From IMG/VR virus record IMGVR_UViG_3300037245_001320, positions 1 to 64,000 of that record: a stretch of DNA of 64,000 bases; one strand, 5' to 3'. The position numbers were made by a program, and so were the translations under genes. Shown here piece after piece: positions 1 to 13,100 of this stretch; the stretch's first letter is position 1, and every line of letters begins with the position of its first letter. This stretch comes from a virus. The notes beneath the pieces were generated by a model that was given only the letters and a program-made list of their open reading frames with translations, had not been told where the DNA came from and ran no database searches.

Positions 1-184
1 TTATATGCAGAGTTCAAAGACTTTGATACATCAGGGTACACTTTTAGCACAATGAATGATACAACTGTGTCTCACTATAGAAGGATTATTTGTATAGGTA
101 TAGCTAATCTTGTAGTAACAGCAATTAAAGCTACGTGTACTAAGCTTTTGACCCAAACTGTCTACCAAAAAGAGGAGAAATATT

Positions 185-694
185 ATGAATAAAGATAAAG
201 ACACATTTAAAATACTAATGGAAACAAATGGATGGAAACAAATAACAGACTTTCCACTAGGTAATAGGGAAGATGCTTATTACCTAAATGGATTTATAGC
301 TTATCATAGAAACTATTATATGGTTGTAGCAGGACAAGTTCCGCTAGAATTAGCAACTAAGTTATATGAAGACAATCCTAAATCTCTGGAAATTAGGGTA
401 GATGGTCATGGAGGAAATCTACATCCTAAAGAATATGGAGGAGATTCTGCCTTTGGTAAATCTAAAGTTATACTAGATGCAATATTTGCAGATCTCAGAC
501 ATAAGTGGTGGGATACTAAGGAAATAACAACAGCAGATTTAGATGAGAAATATAACATTGCACAAGCAGAACTAATAAAGAAAAACCCCGATGAGTTCGG
601 AGTAGATCTATATCATATAGATACATGGGAAGGTTTTGCTGTATTTTCTGAGTTTATTGTAAATCATACTATTAAAAGCACATGGTTTGATTAA
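185..694 (+). CDS. Hypothetical phage protein
   Basis: 169-aa ORF with GAGGAG RBS. Confidence 0.7.
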   Translation: MNKDKDTFKILMETNGWKQITDFPLGNREDAYYLNGFIAYHRNYYMVVAGQVPLELATKLYEDNPKSLEIRVDGHGGNLHPKEYGGDSAFGKSKVILDAIFADLRHKWWDTKEITTADLDEKYNIAQAELIKKNPDEFGVDLYHIDTWEGFAVFSEFIVNHTIKSTWFD

Positions 695-710
695 TATATA
701 AACTAACCTA

Positions 711-739
711 TTGACAGGCTAAACAATAACCTGTAATAT
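711..739 (+). promoter_or_regulatory. sigma70-type early promoter
   Basis: TTGACA-17 nt-TAATAT followed by GTAAACATAAAGAGG, which recurs upstream of 1445. Confidence 0.7.
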
Positions 740-763
740 GTAAACATAAAGAGGAGAAACAAT

Positions 764-1384
764 ATGAAACTAAGAGAATTATTAAGTAGAGTAAAATCAC
801 CAGAACATACAAGTCAGAATAAAGCAGACTTTGAATCATTCAGAGAAGATCTCTTACCCAACTGTTATGAGTACCCTGTAAACTGGAATGATTTTAATGT
901 TTACGAAAAAGGCTTTGGAGAGTGGATGTGTACTGATTCAGCGGTTGGATCGGTTGCCTACTTCTATGAAGATACTTTAGTTGCTTTTTCTTACCAGTCA
1001 GGTAGAAAATCAGCTAGAGCGTTTGCATGGGTGTCCTTAGAATTAGCTCAGAAAGTTAAAGAGCACATCCTAGCTATTATAGATGAGGATGACGAACTGA
1101 ATGTATCTGTTATAGAAACTACTGATTTTGAAGAGGACATGGGTGTAGGGTTTGTGGTTCATTATGCTTCACAGTTGCTAACCAAAAATGTTATTTACAA
1201 GCATACTGGTGAAAGTGTACACGTTATCAAAGACTTCTACTCAGAGATGTATAAGGAAGATAAATATAAAGATAAAAGTATTACACATGATATGACTTTT
1301 CATGGTGTTGTAATTAAGTTTTCAGATGGTAGAGAAGAACTAGTTTACCTTAATAAAGATATTTTAGTTCCTTGGGATATTTAA
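764..1384 (+). CDS. Hypothetical phage protein
   Basis: 206-aa ORF with RBS and promoter. Confidence 0.7.
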   Translation: MKLRELLSRVKSPEHTSQNKADFESFREDLLPNCYEYPVNWNDFNVYEKGFGEWMCTDSAVGSVAYFYEDTLVAFSYQSGRKSARAFAWVSLELAQKVKEHILAIIDEDDELNVSVIETTDFEEDMGVGFVVHYASQLLTKNVIYKHTGESVHVIKDFYSEMYKEDKYKDKSITHDMTFHGVVIKFSDGREELVYLNKDILVPWDI

Positions 1385-1444
1385 AACACTTGATACAACA
1401 ATCAATATACTATAAGATAGTAAACATAAAGAGGGGATTTTAAT

Positions 1445-3609
1445 ATGGGACCAAAAGCAAGAAACACAAGAAATAGATATAAAGAAGCAGTCTGGGATTT
1501 CCTAGATAGTAACAATGGGAAGATAACATTAGCCTTTACAAGAAAAGCTCAAAGAGAATATGGAAGGCCTCCTTCAGCTATAGCAAGGTATGTTCTAGAA
1601 TATAAGAATAAAGAGGAGAACAAACAATGAAAAAATCAAGAAAACCAAAATTCCATACATTCCCTAATAATAAATGGGATCAAGGAGTATACTATAATAA
1701 ACAAATTAACAGAATCAGGAATGCGCTTAGATAAAGCAGAATCTTTAGCGTGGGATCATAGACACTGGAGTTTATATCCAGAGTTAATAGGTAAATAAAG
1801 GAGAAACACTATGAGAATGAAAAAGAAATGTGGTGCCTGTAAAGCACTTTCTCTTGATCTTTGTGGATTAGGGTACAAAATTAATATTATGTATAAACAA
1901 ACAACAATAGGGTTACCTTATCTTGAACACATTCCACTAGAACTTTGTGAAAAACCTTTAACTAATAAAAGGTTTTGTGATCTTATTATTAAAGGAGAAT
2001 AAAAATGATAAGTAATTTTAAAAGAGTGCTGAAAACACTCAAACATAATAAAATAATGGTTAAGGCAACAGAAGAAGGGGTCTTTATTAGATTTGCAGGA
2101 AAGGAAGAAAAAGGAGAACTATTTTCTTTAGAGTGGTTACAAGTTACAGGAAAAGAGGAGAATAAATAAGATGATTGACAAAATAAAATATGCCTTACTG
2201 ATTATTCTAATAGTCGGAGTGTTCAGCTTATTCACATGGTTAATCATACCAAGGTATGAGCTGACAGAGGTACTTATTGTAAAAATTCACACAGTAGAAG
2301 ATTACAAAGCACAAACAGAACTAGGTGTGAAACAAGGTTCTTATCCTCATATTGTTTACGAGGTTATAGAAACAAAAGAAAGATTTAAAGAAAAGACAAG
2401 TTATTCTATGGGAGAAGTAGGAGAAACAATAACAATAAATAGACAAGTTGGAGGAATGAGATGAAACAAAAAGCAAAAGAATTATTAGAAGAACATTTAG
2501 GATTAGTAGCAGGTATTATATTAGGAATACTTATAGTTTGGAACAGTATTTATGCAATGGTAGGCTTATTTCTAATAATGTATATTTTAGCACCTATTGT
2601 TATTTGGAAGGGGCTTGTCGTATTTGCAGAATCAGATGACATATATGAATTATTTACACCTTTATTATGGTTAAGTTGGTTTGTTTTTAACAATGTCCGA
2701 TTCATTCAAATTATATGGGGATAAAATGGTATACTTAGGAAACAAAATAACAATAGAGGAATTAAATATCCTATTGGAAGAATACCCAGAAGATGAAGAA
2801 CTCCTCTTATTAAAAGAAGACTATGAGCACTGGAGAAAGCTTATCTTAAATAGTAATGTGTTAGAGAACAATAATAAGAAGTATTACAATAAATAAAGGA
2901 GTATATAATGGAAATAGATAAAGAACTAATGAGAGAAATAGTTAATTATATGACTAATACTGATAACACATGGAAAGAGTGGTGGAGCTCAGATGGGACA
3001 AGTCCTTCCCATTGTATATGCTGTGAGATTGGCACTAGTGCAGAGAAACACAAAGATCATTGTTTACTACCTAAAATGGAGAAATTAAAGGTAATGTTTG
3101 ATCATGAGAAAAATTTAGGAGAAGGGATATGAAATGATAAACAATAGAGTAATAATAAAAGCAGGTTTAAGTAACGACAAGCCAGAGAATAAATACAGAT
3201 TAGGAAAAGCAATCCGTGAGGCATCAGAAGGAAGTTTAAAAGGATACATCGTATTACTAGGAGGTAAAGAACAATTCTTTTATAGTGAGCAAGTTACTTT
3301 CCTTAGATCCTACAAAAGACAAGTGAATGAATTTATGGAAATGCTTTTAACATTAGAGAAAGTAGGATTACCCACAGAAGAGATTTTTAAAGCCTGTGTA
3401 GAATTTCAGGAGGAGTTATGAATAAAGTAATTAAAAGTAAATGGATGCATATTCCTATAGCTATACTAGTGTTTGTTTTAATGCCTAAATCATTCCCTAT
3501 AATAGCCTTTATAACTATATTTGTTGTCTTTTTTATAATATTTTCTATTTTATGGAGAATTGTTTTGTCTTTATTAAATGACGATAATGAGAAGGAGGAG
3601 AAGGAGTAA
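1445..3609 (+). other. Run of small hypothetical genes, several with TM helices (1445, 1811, 2171, 2461, 2908, 3134, 3418)
   Basis: Tightly coupled ORFs with AGGAG RBSs; 1811..2002 is a Cys-containing paralogue of 14144..14347. Confidence 0.6.
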
Positions 3610-3611
3610 AT

Positions 3612-4841
3612 ATGGAAGCTATATTAAAATTATTAAAGGACAATGCCTTAGCATTACTACCTGTATTATTAGCAGGAGGAGGTTTATTTGTATCTATAAA
3701 AACAATAGGTAAATTAATTACAGACTTTCTAGTTAAACACATTACAACAGAATTAGTTCTGACATCTGCCAACGTATCCTTTTACAACGCTATGGAATGG
3801 ATAGATAGGAAAGGGCTAGCTAGTAAATTTAGAAAGATAAAATTATTTAATGGTCACTGGGGATACAGTAACAAAACTACTAAATCTGTGGGATATGGTA
3901 AAAATGTTATATTTATTGATAAAAAATTAGTGTTTGTAACGTTAAATAAAGAAGATGGATCAGCTACATCATCTGATAAAGAATCATTATACCTATCCTA
4001 TTTTGGAAGATCACATGAGTTCATAGATAAAATCATAAAGGAGTTTGAACCAGAGAAAGATCCAACAAAAGTTATGATTAAGCAATTTTCAGGGGATTCT
4101 TGGAGACCTGTCCCTTCAGCTAGAAAACTAGATTGGGATAAAGTTTATTTTAATACAGAAGAGAAAGTACGAATAGAGCGGGTATTAACAGATTTTATAA
4201 ATAATAAAGAGTGGTATTTAAAACATAATATCCCTTATAGACTTGGCATCTTGCTATCTGGAATTCCTGGCAGCGGTAAGACGACACTCATAAAAGGTTT
4301 GGCTAGTAAATTGAATTATTCCTTAAACTGCCTACCTACCGACCAGATGAAAGAAATAGGTAATGCCATAAATACATTAGATGAAAAAAGTATTATGTAC
4401 ATTGAAGATGTAGACTCATCTGGTATGGTCGATACAAGAGAAGTAAAGGAAGAGGATAAAGATGACCCATTTAAAGGATTAAAGTTTGATTCAGGAGGAT
4501 TGAGTTTAGTTTTAAATGCTATTGACGGTATTTCTGACTCAGATGGTAGAATTGTAATATTTTCTACTAATAAACCTGAAGATATAGATCCAGCAGTATT
4601 AAGACCAGGTAGAATTGACTTGAGATTACATATAGATTATCTAGATAAGGACCAATTTCAGTTATGGTTGATCAATTCTTTTGATAATCCTATTGACATT
4701 CTTACTAATAAGAAGTATAGTAATTTAGATATTAAAGAAGTAACAATAGCAGAGTTAACCAATCTATTTAGAATGGGAAATTCTCAGGAAGATATTGTTA
4801 CAAGTTTATTGAATGAGCCTAATATTAGATTGTTAGGATGA
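3612..4841 (+). CDS. BCS1-like membrane-anchored AAA+ ATPase
   Basis: N-terminal TM helix; Walker A GIPGSGKT, Walker B MYIEDVD, SRH TNKPEDIDPAVLRPGRID. Confidence 0.85.
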   Translation: MEAILKLLKDNALALLPVLLAGGGLFVSIKTIGKLITDFLVKHITTELVLTSANVSFYNAMEWIDRKGLASKFRKIKLFNGHWGYSNKTTKSVGYGKNVIFIDKKLVFVTLNKEDGSATSSDKESLYLSYFGRSHEFIDKIIKEFEPEKDPTKVMIKQFSGDSWRPVPSARKLDWDKVYFNTEEKVRIERVLTDFINNKEWYLKHNIPYRLGILLSGIPGSGKTTLIKGLASKLNYSLNCLPTDQMKEIGNAINTLDEKSIMYIEDVDSSGMVDTREVKEEDKDDPFKGLKFDSGGLSLVLNAIDGISDSDGRIVIFSTNKPEDIDPAVLRPGRIDLRLHIDYLDKDQFQLWLINSFDNPIDILTNKKYSNLDIKEVTIAELTNLFRMGNSQEDIVTSLLNEPNIRLLG

Positions 4842-4851
4842 GGAGAAATAA

Positions 4852-7131
4852 ATGAAAATAGATTACATGAAACTGGTAACATACATTATAGTTATTAGTA
4901 GCACAATTATTATTTCTTTTAGTATAGCATCCTACCTATACACAGAAAGTTGGCTAAATATACTTAACATATCTGTAAGTGCCTCTACTGTATTTCTAGT
5001 GAGAAGCACCTATATACGATGGAAAATTAAAAGATCAGAGTGGGAGAAGGAGAAATAAATGAATAAAGAACTAACATTTAATAACTTTTTAAAAGAAAGA
5101 GGAATTGAAGAAGAGATTATGGTAATTGCTACGAAGGAAGTAGAGCGATTGAGAGCAGAGTATAATGATCTTCCTTGGATAAAACGATTATTCAGGAGGA
5201 GGATTTAGGGATGGAAGCAATAATAAACCTTTTGTTTTACAATGAGGTATTTATAGATACCTATGGTATATGGTTTGGACTAGGTTGGTTTATCATCACC
5301 ATAATATGTACATGGAAAACAGCATGGAGAAGAAAATATTTTTATGAGCTTAAGCAGTATAAAATTTACCTTACCATATTTTACATTAGTACTTTGCTAT
5401 TCTGTGGATGGTTAGTAGGAATAGTGTCCGTCCCTTATTTAACAGGGTACACAATACTGTATATGATTTTTTGGGGGACTGTTGTATCTTACCTTTTCTA
5501 TTGGGTAGGAATAGTTGGTCTAAGTCTAGGTAATTTAACAGCCGACATTTATGGGAGTTACAAGCACCTTGTGGATGGAACATGGGATCATCTAGCAGCA
5601 GAAGAATGTAAGTTGAAAAATATAAAAACATTTACTAGGGCTACCCAAAGAGGTGTTCCATTTTATCCCATAGATGTACATACTGTAAGGGCTTTTGGAG
5701 AGGATGAGCACACAAAAGATTGTTTTGAATCCAAGGATACCCAATCCAATAATAGGGAGAGTAGCTCGACCGTAAGGGCAAAGCGAGAAGAAACAGAGGA
5801 AAAATCAAAGGGACCATTAGGATTTGGGAGTTTAGCAGAAGATTATGCTATAGGGACAATAACAGGATTATTTTAGAGAGGAGGACAACTTATGTTAAGT
5901 GAATGGTTAGCAATGCAACAGCCTTTAGGATGGGTGATAGGTATCATTTTGGCTATTATAGGAGGAATTATGCAAGGGGTAGGGATGAGAGGAGAGACAG
6001 ATGAGTAACACAGTATTATTTATATTATATGGGATAGGATTTTTAACAGTTGTACTAGCACCCTTACTAATGTGCTATAGAGAAACAGAGTTTGTACATA
6101 TGGTTGTATGGATTATGGGATCAGTCGTTTTTCAAGCACCTGTAATTTATGATTTGTTTGATGGTAGTACTTTAAGAGGGTTAATTTTATTATCAGTCTA
6201 TTTTATAATATTCTTTGGATTTACTGAATTAGTATCAAGGATTTATTTTAAGGGTAGAAGAAAGAAGTTAGGACTAGGTGAGTAAATGGGAAGATATGGA
6301 ATAGTAAAGAACAAAACTGTTAAGCGAGTAAATAAAAGACAGTATAAGAAGCAATATAAGATATACATGTATAATAAAGCACTTATACAAGGTTATCCTC
6401 GAAAAGGTTTGAAGAAGTTTATTTCTGTATTGTATCATAATCAAGATTCAATAATAGAGATGAAAGAGTATTTAGAGAAGAAGTTGAATTATGAGTTGTC
6501 TTAGAAAGAATTACGAAGTTACATATTGACACGACTTATTATATAATGTAATATGTACACATAAAGTAAATAGAGAGGAGAAACAAAGATGAAAAAATTA
6601 TTTATATTAGTTTTTATACTAATAGGAATCACAGTATTTGCAGAAGATGTACTCTTTGAGGATTTAACAGAGGAACAAAAACAAGAGGTCATTGCTGAAT
6701 TGTATTTAAAACAAGCTACTAAAAAAGAAAAGAAAGATCACGAAAGTAACTATAGATGGAATTCAAAAGTGAGGATTATAGATAAATTACAGGTACCTAA
6801 TGATAATTATTTGTATATCGTTGAAATAAGAGGACAGTACTTTATTGTGGATCCTTATAGAGATGGACCAAGTGATGCATATTGGGGTTCAAGAATAACA
6901 CCACTTAAATAAAGAGGAGAAAATAATATGTTAGAGTTTTTTAAGTTTATATTTAGTAATTTTTGGTATTTTATAGGATTTGTAATCATTCTGGAACTAA
7001 TATGTAAATTAGTATATGGTGTGGTACATAAAATAGTAAGACACTTTACAATATTAAAAGTAGGTTATCCTCCTGCACATTGTGATGGTGATGGGGATTT
7101 TAAGAAGATTAGTAAGGAAGAGGAGAAATAA
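4852..7131 (+). other. Cluster of small membrane/exported hypothetical proteins (4852, 5211-5876, 6001, 6286, 6589, 6928)
   Basis: Hydrophobic helices; 6589 has a signal peptide (MKKLFILVFILIGITVFA). Confidence 0.6.
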
Positions 7132-7132
7132 G

Positions 7133-7918
7133 ATGAAAGAAGAAGAAGGAACAGTTCAAATAGGGAAGGTAACAATAAGCACTCAGGAGTATTTAGCTTT
7201 AAAGATAAAAGAATTAACAGATAGACATGAAGCTGAGTTAGACAAGGTTAATGAAGTATTAGCTAAAGTAACTGAAGAAAGAGGTTATCTAAAGTTTGGT
7301 ACAGAGGAATATTGGAATGGTGTCCAAATAAGTATACAAAACAAAGCTCCAGAATATATTTCCTGTGATGATGTAACAAAGGAATTTAATGATAAGGTAA
7401 CAGAACTAACTAAACAGATACATGATTCCAATGAAGAATGGAGTACTAAGTTAATGGATAAAGAAAAGGAAATAAAATCTTTACAAGATGATCTATTATC
7501 CAGAAACACACAAGTATTACGAGCTTTAAAGGAAGATGAGAAATTAACAAACACCTATAAATTATTAGAGCTCTTGGCAGCAGGGGATTACATGAATCAT
7601 TCAGTTGGTAGTACTGATCTTAGAGCTATCCTTAAATTATATGGAGAGGATAAAAAGTATAAAGAAGTTTCTACAGATTCAGATTACAGAGGAAATTTAA
7701 ACAAACTTCAATATCTACCAAGCTACAAGGATGATAGACATAATAATTATGAAACTATAGATTATGTAGACTTCATTAAGTGGATTTTAAAGAATACACC
7801 ATCTCTACAGTTAACCGAGAAAGATATAGTAAAAGAAGAGGTTGAGATTAAGGAAGAGGAAGTCACTGAAATAGGTGGGATTAAATATAAAGGTCTTAGA
7901 AAGTTTTTTGGTAAATAG
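7133..7918 (+). CDS. Coiled-coil hypothetical protein
   Basis: RBS-supported ATG at 7133, in frame with ORF 7082..7918; heptad-like E/K-rich sequence. Confidence 0.6.
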   Translation: MKEEEGTVQIGKVTISTQEYLALKIKELTDRHEAELDKVNEVLAKVTEERGYLKFGTEEYWNGVQISIQNKAPEYISCDDVTKEFNDKVTELTKQIHDSNEEWSTKLMDKEKEIKSLQDDLLSRNTQVLRALKEDEKLTNTYKLLELLAAGDYMNHSVGSTDLRAILKLYGEDKKYKEVSTDSDYRGNLNKLQYLPSYKDDRHNNYETIDYVDFIKWILKNTPSLQLTEKDIVKEEVEIKEEEVTEIGGIKYKGLRKFFGK

Positions 7919-8348
7919 ACTTGACTTTAATTATAGATAAGTGTAAGATATATACAGTTGAAAGATTCAAGGAGGTAGCTTATGAGCCCCAAGACACTAG
8001 CGAGATGGTAGTAAGTGAAAAGGGACTGTATATTTAGAGAGTATATTAGAAAGATGAGAGAGGAGAAAAAGATTATGATGAATAGTAATATGATAATGGG
8101 AATAATTATATCGGGAATATGGGCAGTACATTTAATAGCTTTATTTGTTGGAGCAGAAATCAGTAAAGTGACTAGTGGAATGGCATTTGTTGTGTGTATT
8201 ATGTATGGGTTAACTCTGATACTTAAGGGATTAGAAAGAGAGGATAAATAAATACTGAAAGAGCCTGTAAAAGGTCTCTTTTTTATTTATAAGTATTGAC
8301 AAATAATTATACATCAGCTATACTACTTATATAACAAGGAGAAATAAA

Positions 8349-9014
8349 ATGACAGATGATATGGAAAAAGAAATAGAAAGAAGAGTGCAGGAAGAATTAG
8401 CTAAGGTAAAAACAAAACCTAAAAAGAGAAAGAAAGTAAAACTCCCAACAATCTTAACTGATGAGCAAGTGCAATCTATTTTAGACTGGTTTAACGAAGA
8501 CTCCAAGTATGGGTACAGAAATAAGACCTATATCCTATTCTTACTCCGCAATGCTTTACGTGCGAATGAGGCCAAACACATTAGATGGGAGGATATCACT
8601 ATAGTAAAAGACTCAGAAGGAAATGACGAGGCTGTATATAGGCTTTTACACAATAAGTCAGGTTTTGAGGCGGACATACCAATATCAAAAGATACATATG
8701 AAAGATTTGTAGAAGTGTCTAGACAATTTGGGAACAATAATAAAAAGGGGTATATTTTTCAGACGGGACAATATAACAAATTGATGCAGGGGAGTTATTT
8801 TAGAAGGGTTGCAGGAAATATAGGTAAGGAATTGGGATTCCACTTTAATTTACATCAACTGAGGCATTTCACACTTTCAAAAATATATAATAAGACGCAG
8901 AATATCAAGCTAGTTCAGCTAACAGCCAGACATTCTAGTATTGCGAGCAGCGAACCATATATTCACTTAAATCCAGCTGCCGTGAGAGGAGCAACAGAAC
9001 TTATAGACTTCTAG
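8349..9014 (+). CDS. Tyrosine recombinase (catalytic domain only)
   Basis: LRANE (R), HNKSG (K), HQLRH, ARHSS, PYIH (Y); no N-terminal core-binding domain; own promoter. Confidence 0.88.
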   Translation: MTDDMEKEIERRVQEELAKVKTKPKKRKKVKLPTILTDEQVQSILDWFNEDSKYGYRNKTYILFLLRNALRANEAKHIRWEDITIVKDSEGNDEAVYRLLHNKSGFEADIPISKDTYERFVEVSRQFGNNNKKGYIFQTGQYNKLMQGSYFRRVAGNIGKELGFHFNLHQLRHFTLSKIYNKTQNIKLVQLTARHSSIASSEPYIHLNPAAVRGATELIDF

Positions 9015-9054
9015 TAAAAAGTCAAGCAGACAATAAATAAACTATTAAAACTGC

Positions 9055-9112
9055 TTGACAAACCCAAAACATTCCTATAGAATACTAAGTATAAAGAGAG
9101 GAAACAACAATG
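9055..9112 (+). promoter_or_regulatory. sigma70 promoter + RBS cassette, near-duplicated at 9888-9945
   Basis: TTGACA-17-TAGAAT / TTGACA-17-TAAACT, both followed by ACTAAGTATAAAGAGAGGAAA. Confidence 0.75.
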
Positions 9113-9877
9113 AACAAAACTATAAAGACAAAAAGAATTAAGAAAAGACTAGAGAAATCCTTAATAATAACTGACTTTTTTGGTAATGGTTATTCATATA
9201 GTTTTACTTGGAGAGATAGGCATATATCCTTTGTAGATCAGGATGATCGGATTTGTGGATATATAAAAGAAGATGAATATAGTGAAGAAGAACTATTAGA
9301 GTTTCTATATGATGGAACAATAAAAGAAACATTACCAAAAATGATAAATATGTTATTTGAATACAAGCAACACATCCAAAACACACCTAAAGAAGACGAA
9401 TCAATTAGGTTGGGCGACCAGAAGGAAGAAACAGCGAAGAAGATGCTAAAAGATCTTTTGAATGTAAACCTGCTTAGGTCAAATGGATATGCATACACAT
9501 TTACATATAAAGAATACGAAATAACATTGTGTGATCAAAAAACCAGAATTGTTGGACCTATACAGTTGAAGACGAGCACAAAATACCCGAATAGAAGGAA
9601 GCTTAAACATCTATGTGAAGAGGGTCGTTCATTTTCAGATCAATTATTAGGTGCTATCCATGAAATAATACTATTTGCTGGAGCACCTGTAAAAGAGGCA
9701 AATAAACACACAGTAGAAGAACTTCTTTTAAAATATAAGGAAGCAACCAATAGTATAGATTTTGTAGAAGATGAACAAAGTCAAGATCTTTTTAAGATAG
9801 TATTACAGGAACTAACCTCTTTAGCAAATAAAAATGTGGAATTAGAAAATAAAATCAAAGCATTAACAGATTTATAA
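9110..9877 (+). CDS. Hypothetical protein with internal domain duplication
   Basis: NGYSYSFT..DQDDRICG and NGYAYTFT..DQKTRIVG. Confidence 0.7.
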   Translation: MNKTIKTKRIKKRLEKSLIITDFFGNGYSYSFTWRDRHISFVDQDDRICGYIKEDEYSEEELLEFLYDGTIKETLPKMINMLFEYKQHIQNTPKEDESIRLGDQKEETAKKMLKDLLNVNLLRSNGYAYTFTYKEYEITLCDQKTRIVGPIQLKTSTKYPNRRKLKHLCEEGRSFSDQLLGAIHEIILFAGAPVKEANKHTVEELLLKYKEATNSIDFVEDEQSQDLFKIVLQELTSLANKNVELENKIKALTDL

Positions 9878-10112
9878 TACTTTACTCTTGACACACCGCT
9901 CAACTTCCTATAAACTACTAAGTATAAAGAGAGGAAAACAATATGAATAATAAAACATACTACCAATGCACAGCATGTACAACAGATCCAGACAATGCTT
10001 GTTTATTAAAGGTTAATAGAGAAGATGGACAGCCCAGTAAATGTCCTTATGGATTACCAGATCGCCCTAAATGGGTTGAAGTAGAAATAGTAATAACAAC
10101 AAAGGAGAAACT

Positions 10113-13100
10113 ATGAAATTAAAAGATTGTAAATATGGAACACTAGTAGTAAAGAATAACGGTGAGATAGGAATGATAAAAGGAATAACAAACAATGTAT
10201 TCTCAGCAAATCTTAATGAGAGATCCAAACCTGAGAATGCTATACCGTTTGTTTCATGGTCAGATGGAAGTAAAGGCGGTATTCATAACGATAATATAGA
10301 AGTACTGAAGTAAGGAGAAACAATTATGATAACATACACAACAGCAAACAGATTTGATACATACGTATACCTAGATGGTAAATTAGTAGGATGTATAGCT
10401 AAAGTAGATGGAGGATACCAATATATCCCAGATAAACACGATTCTTCATGGGGAGGAGATGTTTTATCAACTCTCCAAGAAGTAAAAGCTAGTTTGGAGG
10501 AAGATTGAGATGAAAATATATGTAGTTACACACTGTTATTATGATTACTATGAATACAATGATAATGTCTTTGTTACCAATACTATCCCCAAATGTTATA
10601 AATGGGCAGAACAAAATGGAAACAAAGACTTCCCCATAATATTAGGAGAAAAGACTGACGAGGAAGATAATGAGTTTTTTAAAAATGAAACGAGTCATTA
10701 CACTATAGAGATATGGGAGGTATAGTATGATACATTCTATATTTAGAAAGATACTTTGCAAATTATTTAAAATACACGACTGGATCACGGTATATAGTCT
10801 AGGAACAGCAATGTCTAGAAGATGTGAACATTGTCATAAATTTCAGTATGCCTATGAGTTTAAGAAAGGAGAAATAAAATGAAAAACATAGCACTAGATT
10901 TAATGATGGGATTATTGTGTATAGTCTTAACCTGTACATTTATAGGAATATTAGTAGTACCAGTGGCTATTGATTACTGGAAGGATATGAGGAGCTAAAA
11001 ATGAATAAAAAACCAAAAATATGTCACACCTGTAACAAACCTATTGTAGAGGAGTTAGGATTTTTAAAGCTTGAAGAAGGAGTGCTAGTCAGGTTTATGT
11101 GTCAAAAATGTATTTTAAAAGGAAAGGGGAAAGAATTATGAAAGAAATATTTAAAGAACAACACTATAAGCACTGTAATAATTGTGGAACACGATTTGAA
11201 ATAGATCATTTAATTACTTCCTGTACACATTGTGGTAATGGTATAGATAACTGTGAGTTTAAGTTTGTACAAGAAGATGATTGTTGTGGAGCTGCTATAA
11301 ATGCTATAACAAACAACAGATATGGTTCTTGGTTTTGCAAAGATAGTAGAGATCATTTATGCCATTATGACGGAGAGATCCTTGAGGATAAGAAAGGTGA
11401 TTATATTACTTTACTAAACGGAGAGAAGGAACACCTAAAAGATTATGATGAAGAAGAGCATTATTGGGAGTCTTGTTTATTTTGTGGGGCACCAGAGGAG
11501 AGAAAATAAATGTACACAAGTAAAGAAGGATTAGTATATTCAAAAGAAAGATTTGAAGAATACAAGTACAGAGCCCAAGTCAAGTTTCTATTCAAAGACC
11601 ATGGAGAAATAACTATAGATATCTACACTACAGATGTTAACAAAGATAATGTAGCAAAAGTACTAGCAGAGAGGATGACCAAAAACAAAGGAAAGTTTTT
11701 AGGAGTAACTCACTGGGCTAGTAGAGAACAGGATGATCTATCAAGTATTATGATTGACGAATGGTTAGCAGAGATGGATAAAGAAGATAATAGTAATAAG
11801 GAAGAACCTTTTGTATATGAGGAGGATTATTGATGAAGCATAAGATATTATTCTTCCTAATTATAATAATGTTCTTAGGATGTACACCTAGAACCGATAG
11901 AAGTACAGGAACAGTGTATCGTAAGGAATATAAAGAAGCGAATATGTTAAGAATGAATAAATTTCATCCATTATATACAGTATACCTTGAAAGTCTATCC
12001 GAGGATGAGAAATATAGCACAAGATGGTCTATGAAAGTAGATGAGAAGACATATAAAATGATGAAGGTTGGAGTAGAATATAACATAAAATAAAATGATT
12101 AAAAAGCAAGTTTCTGTAAAAAGGGCTTGCTTTTGTTATTTATAAAGAGTATACTTATATTAAGTTAAATGAGAGGAGACAAAAATGTTTACAAAAGAAC
12201 AAATCATAGAATCAACACACTATGCAGAAGGCTTTACATTTATTGATGGAGAGATGACAGGGCATGATACCTTAGTATATAAGGAATATTATAAATGTAC
12301 ATTATTAGGATTAGGAATGGAAGAAGATATGAATTATCCACTATTCCTACAAAACACAATAGAAGGTTTAGAAGATGAACACTTAATCATTATTAAACCA
12401 GAGCAAAATAGTTCAGGCTGGAGATATCATATAGTAGAGCAAAATAACAGGTATCAACAGACTTATTCAGGATTCTTCTATAAGTCAAGATTAGAAGCTA
12501 AAGAAAAGGGTATCTTGTGTGTATTTGATAAACTTAGTAGAATAAAGGAGATAAAATGATTAAAAAACTAGAAAAGATGAAAGGCTTAGGAGAACACTAC
12601 AATAACAAGATCAAGGAAGTAACACACTTAATTGAATCTAAAAGAATGAGTTATACCGAGAATACCAATTTCAGTCAAAAAATAATAGAATACCAAATGG
12701 CGTACAATGCTGTTCTAAAATGCATAAGAATAATGGAGGGATTAGATTAAATGACTAAAGAAATAGTAAAAGGTAACATAGCAGAACTTAATGAATTTCT
12801 ACAAGACGACTCCTTATCTTTTGATTATGATAAATGGGGATCAATAGTTTGCCATTTTCAGAGTTTAGCGATTCAGAACAGAAAGCTTAGAGAAGCTATA
12901 ACACCTTCAAGCAATAATAAATCATTTCATATAGGAGAGTATTCATTCCCTATCGAGAGAGCTGAATATGATGAAGATGGTGAAGTTATAGAGTACACTG
13001 AGAATCGAGATATTCCGTGGACTTCTGTTAAAGAAATTATGAAGGGTATTCGTAAGTATGCAGGGGTTGACAATATTGAACCAATAGAGTAATATTATGA

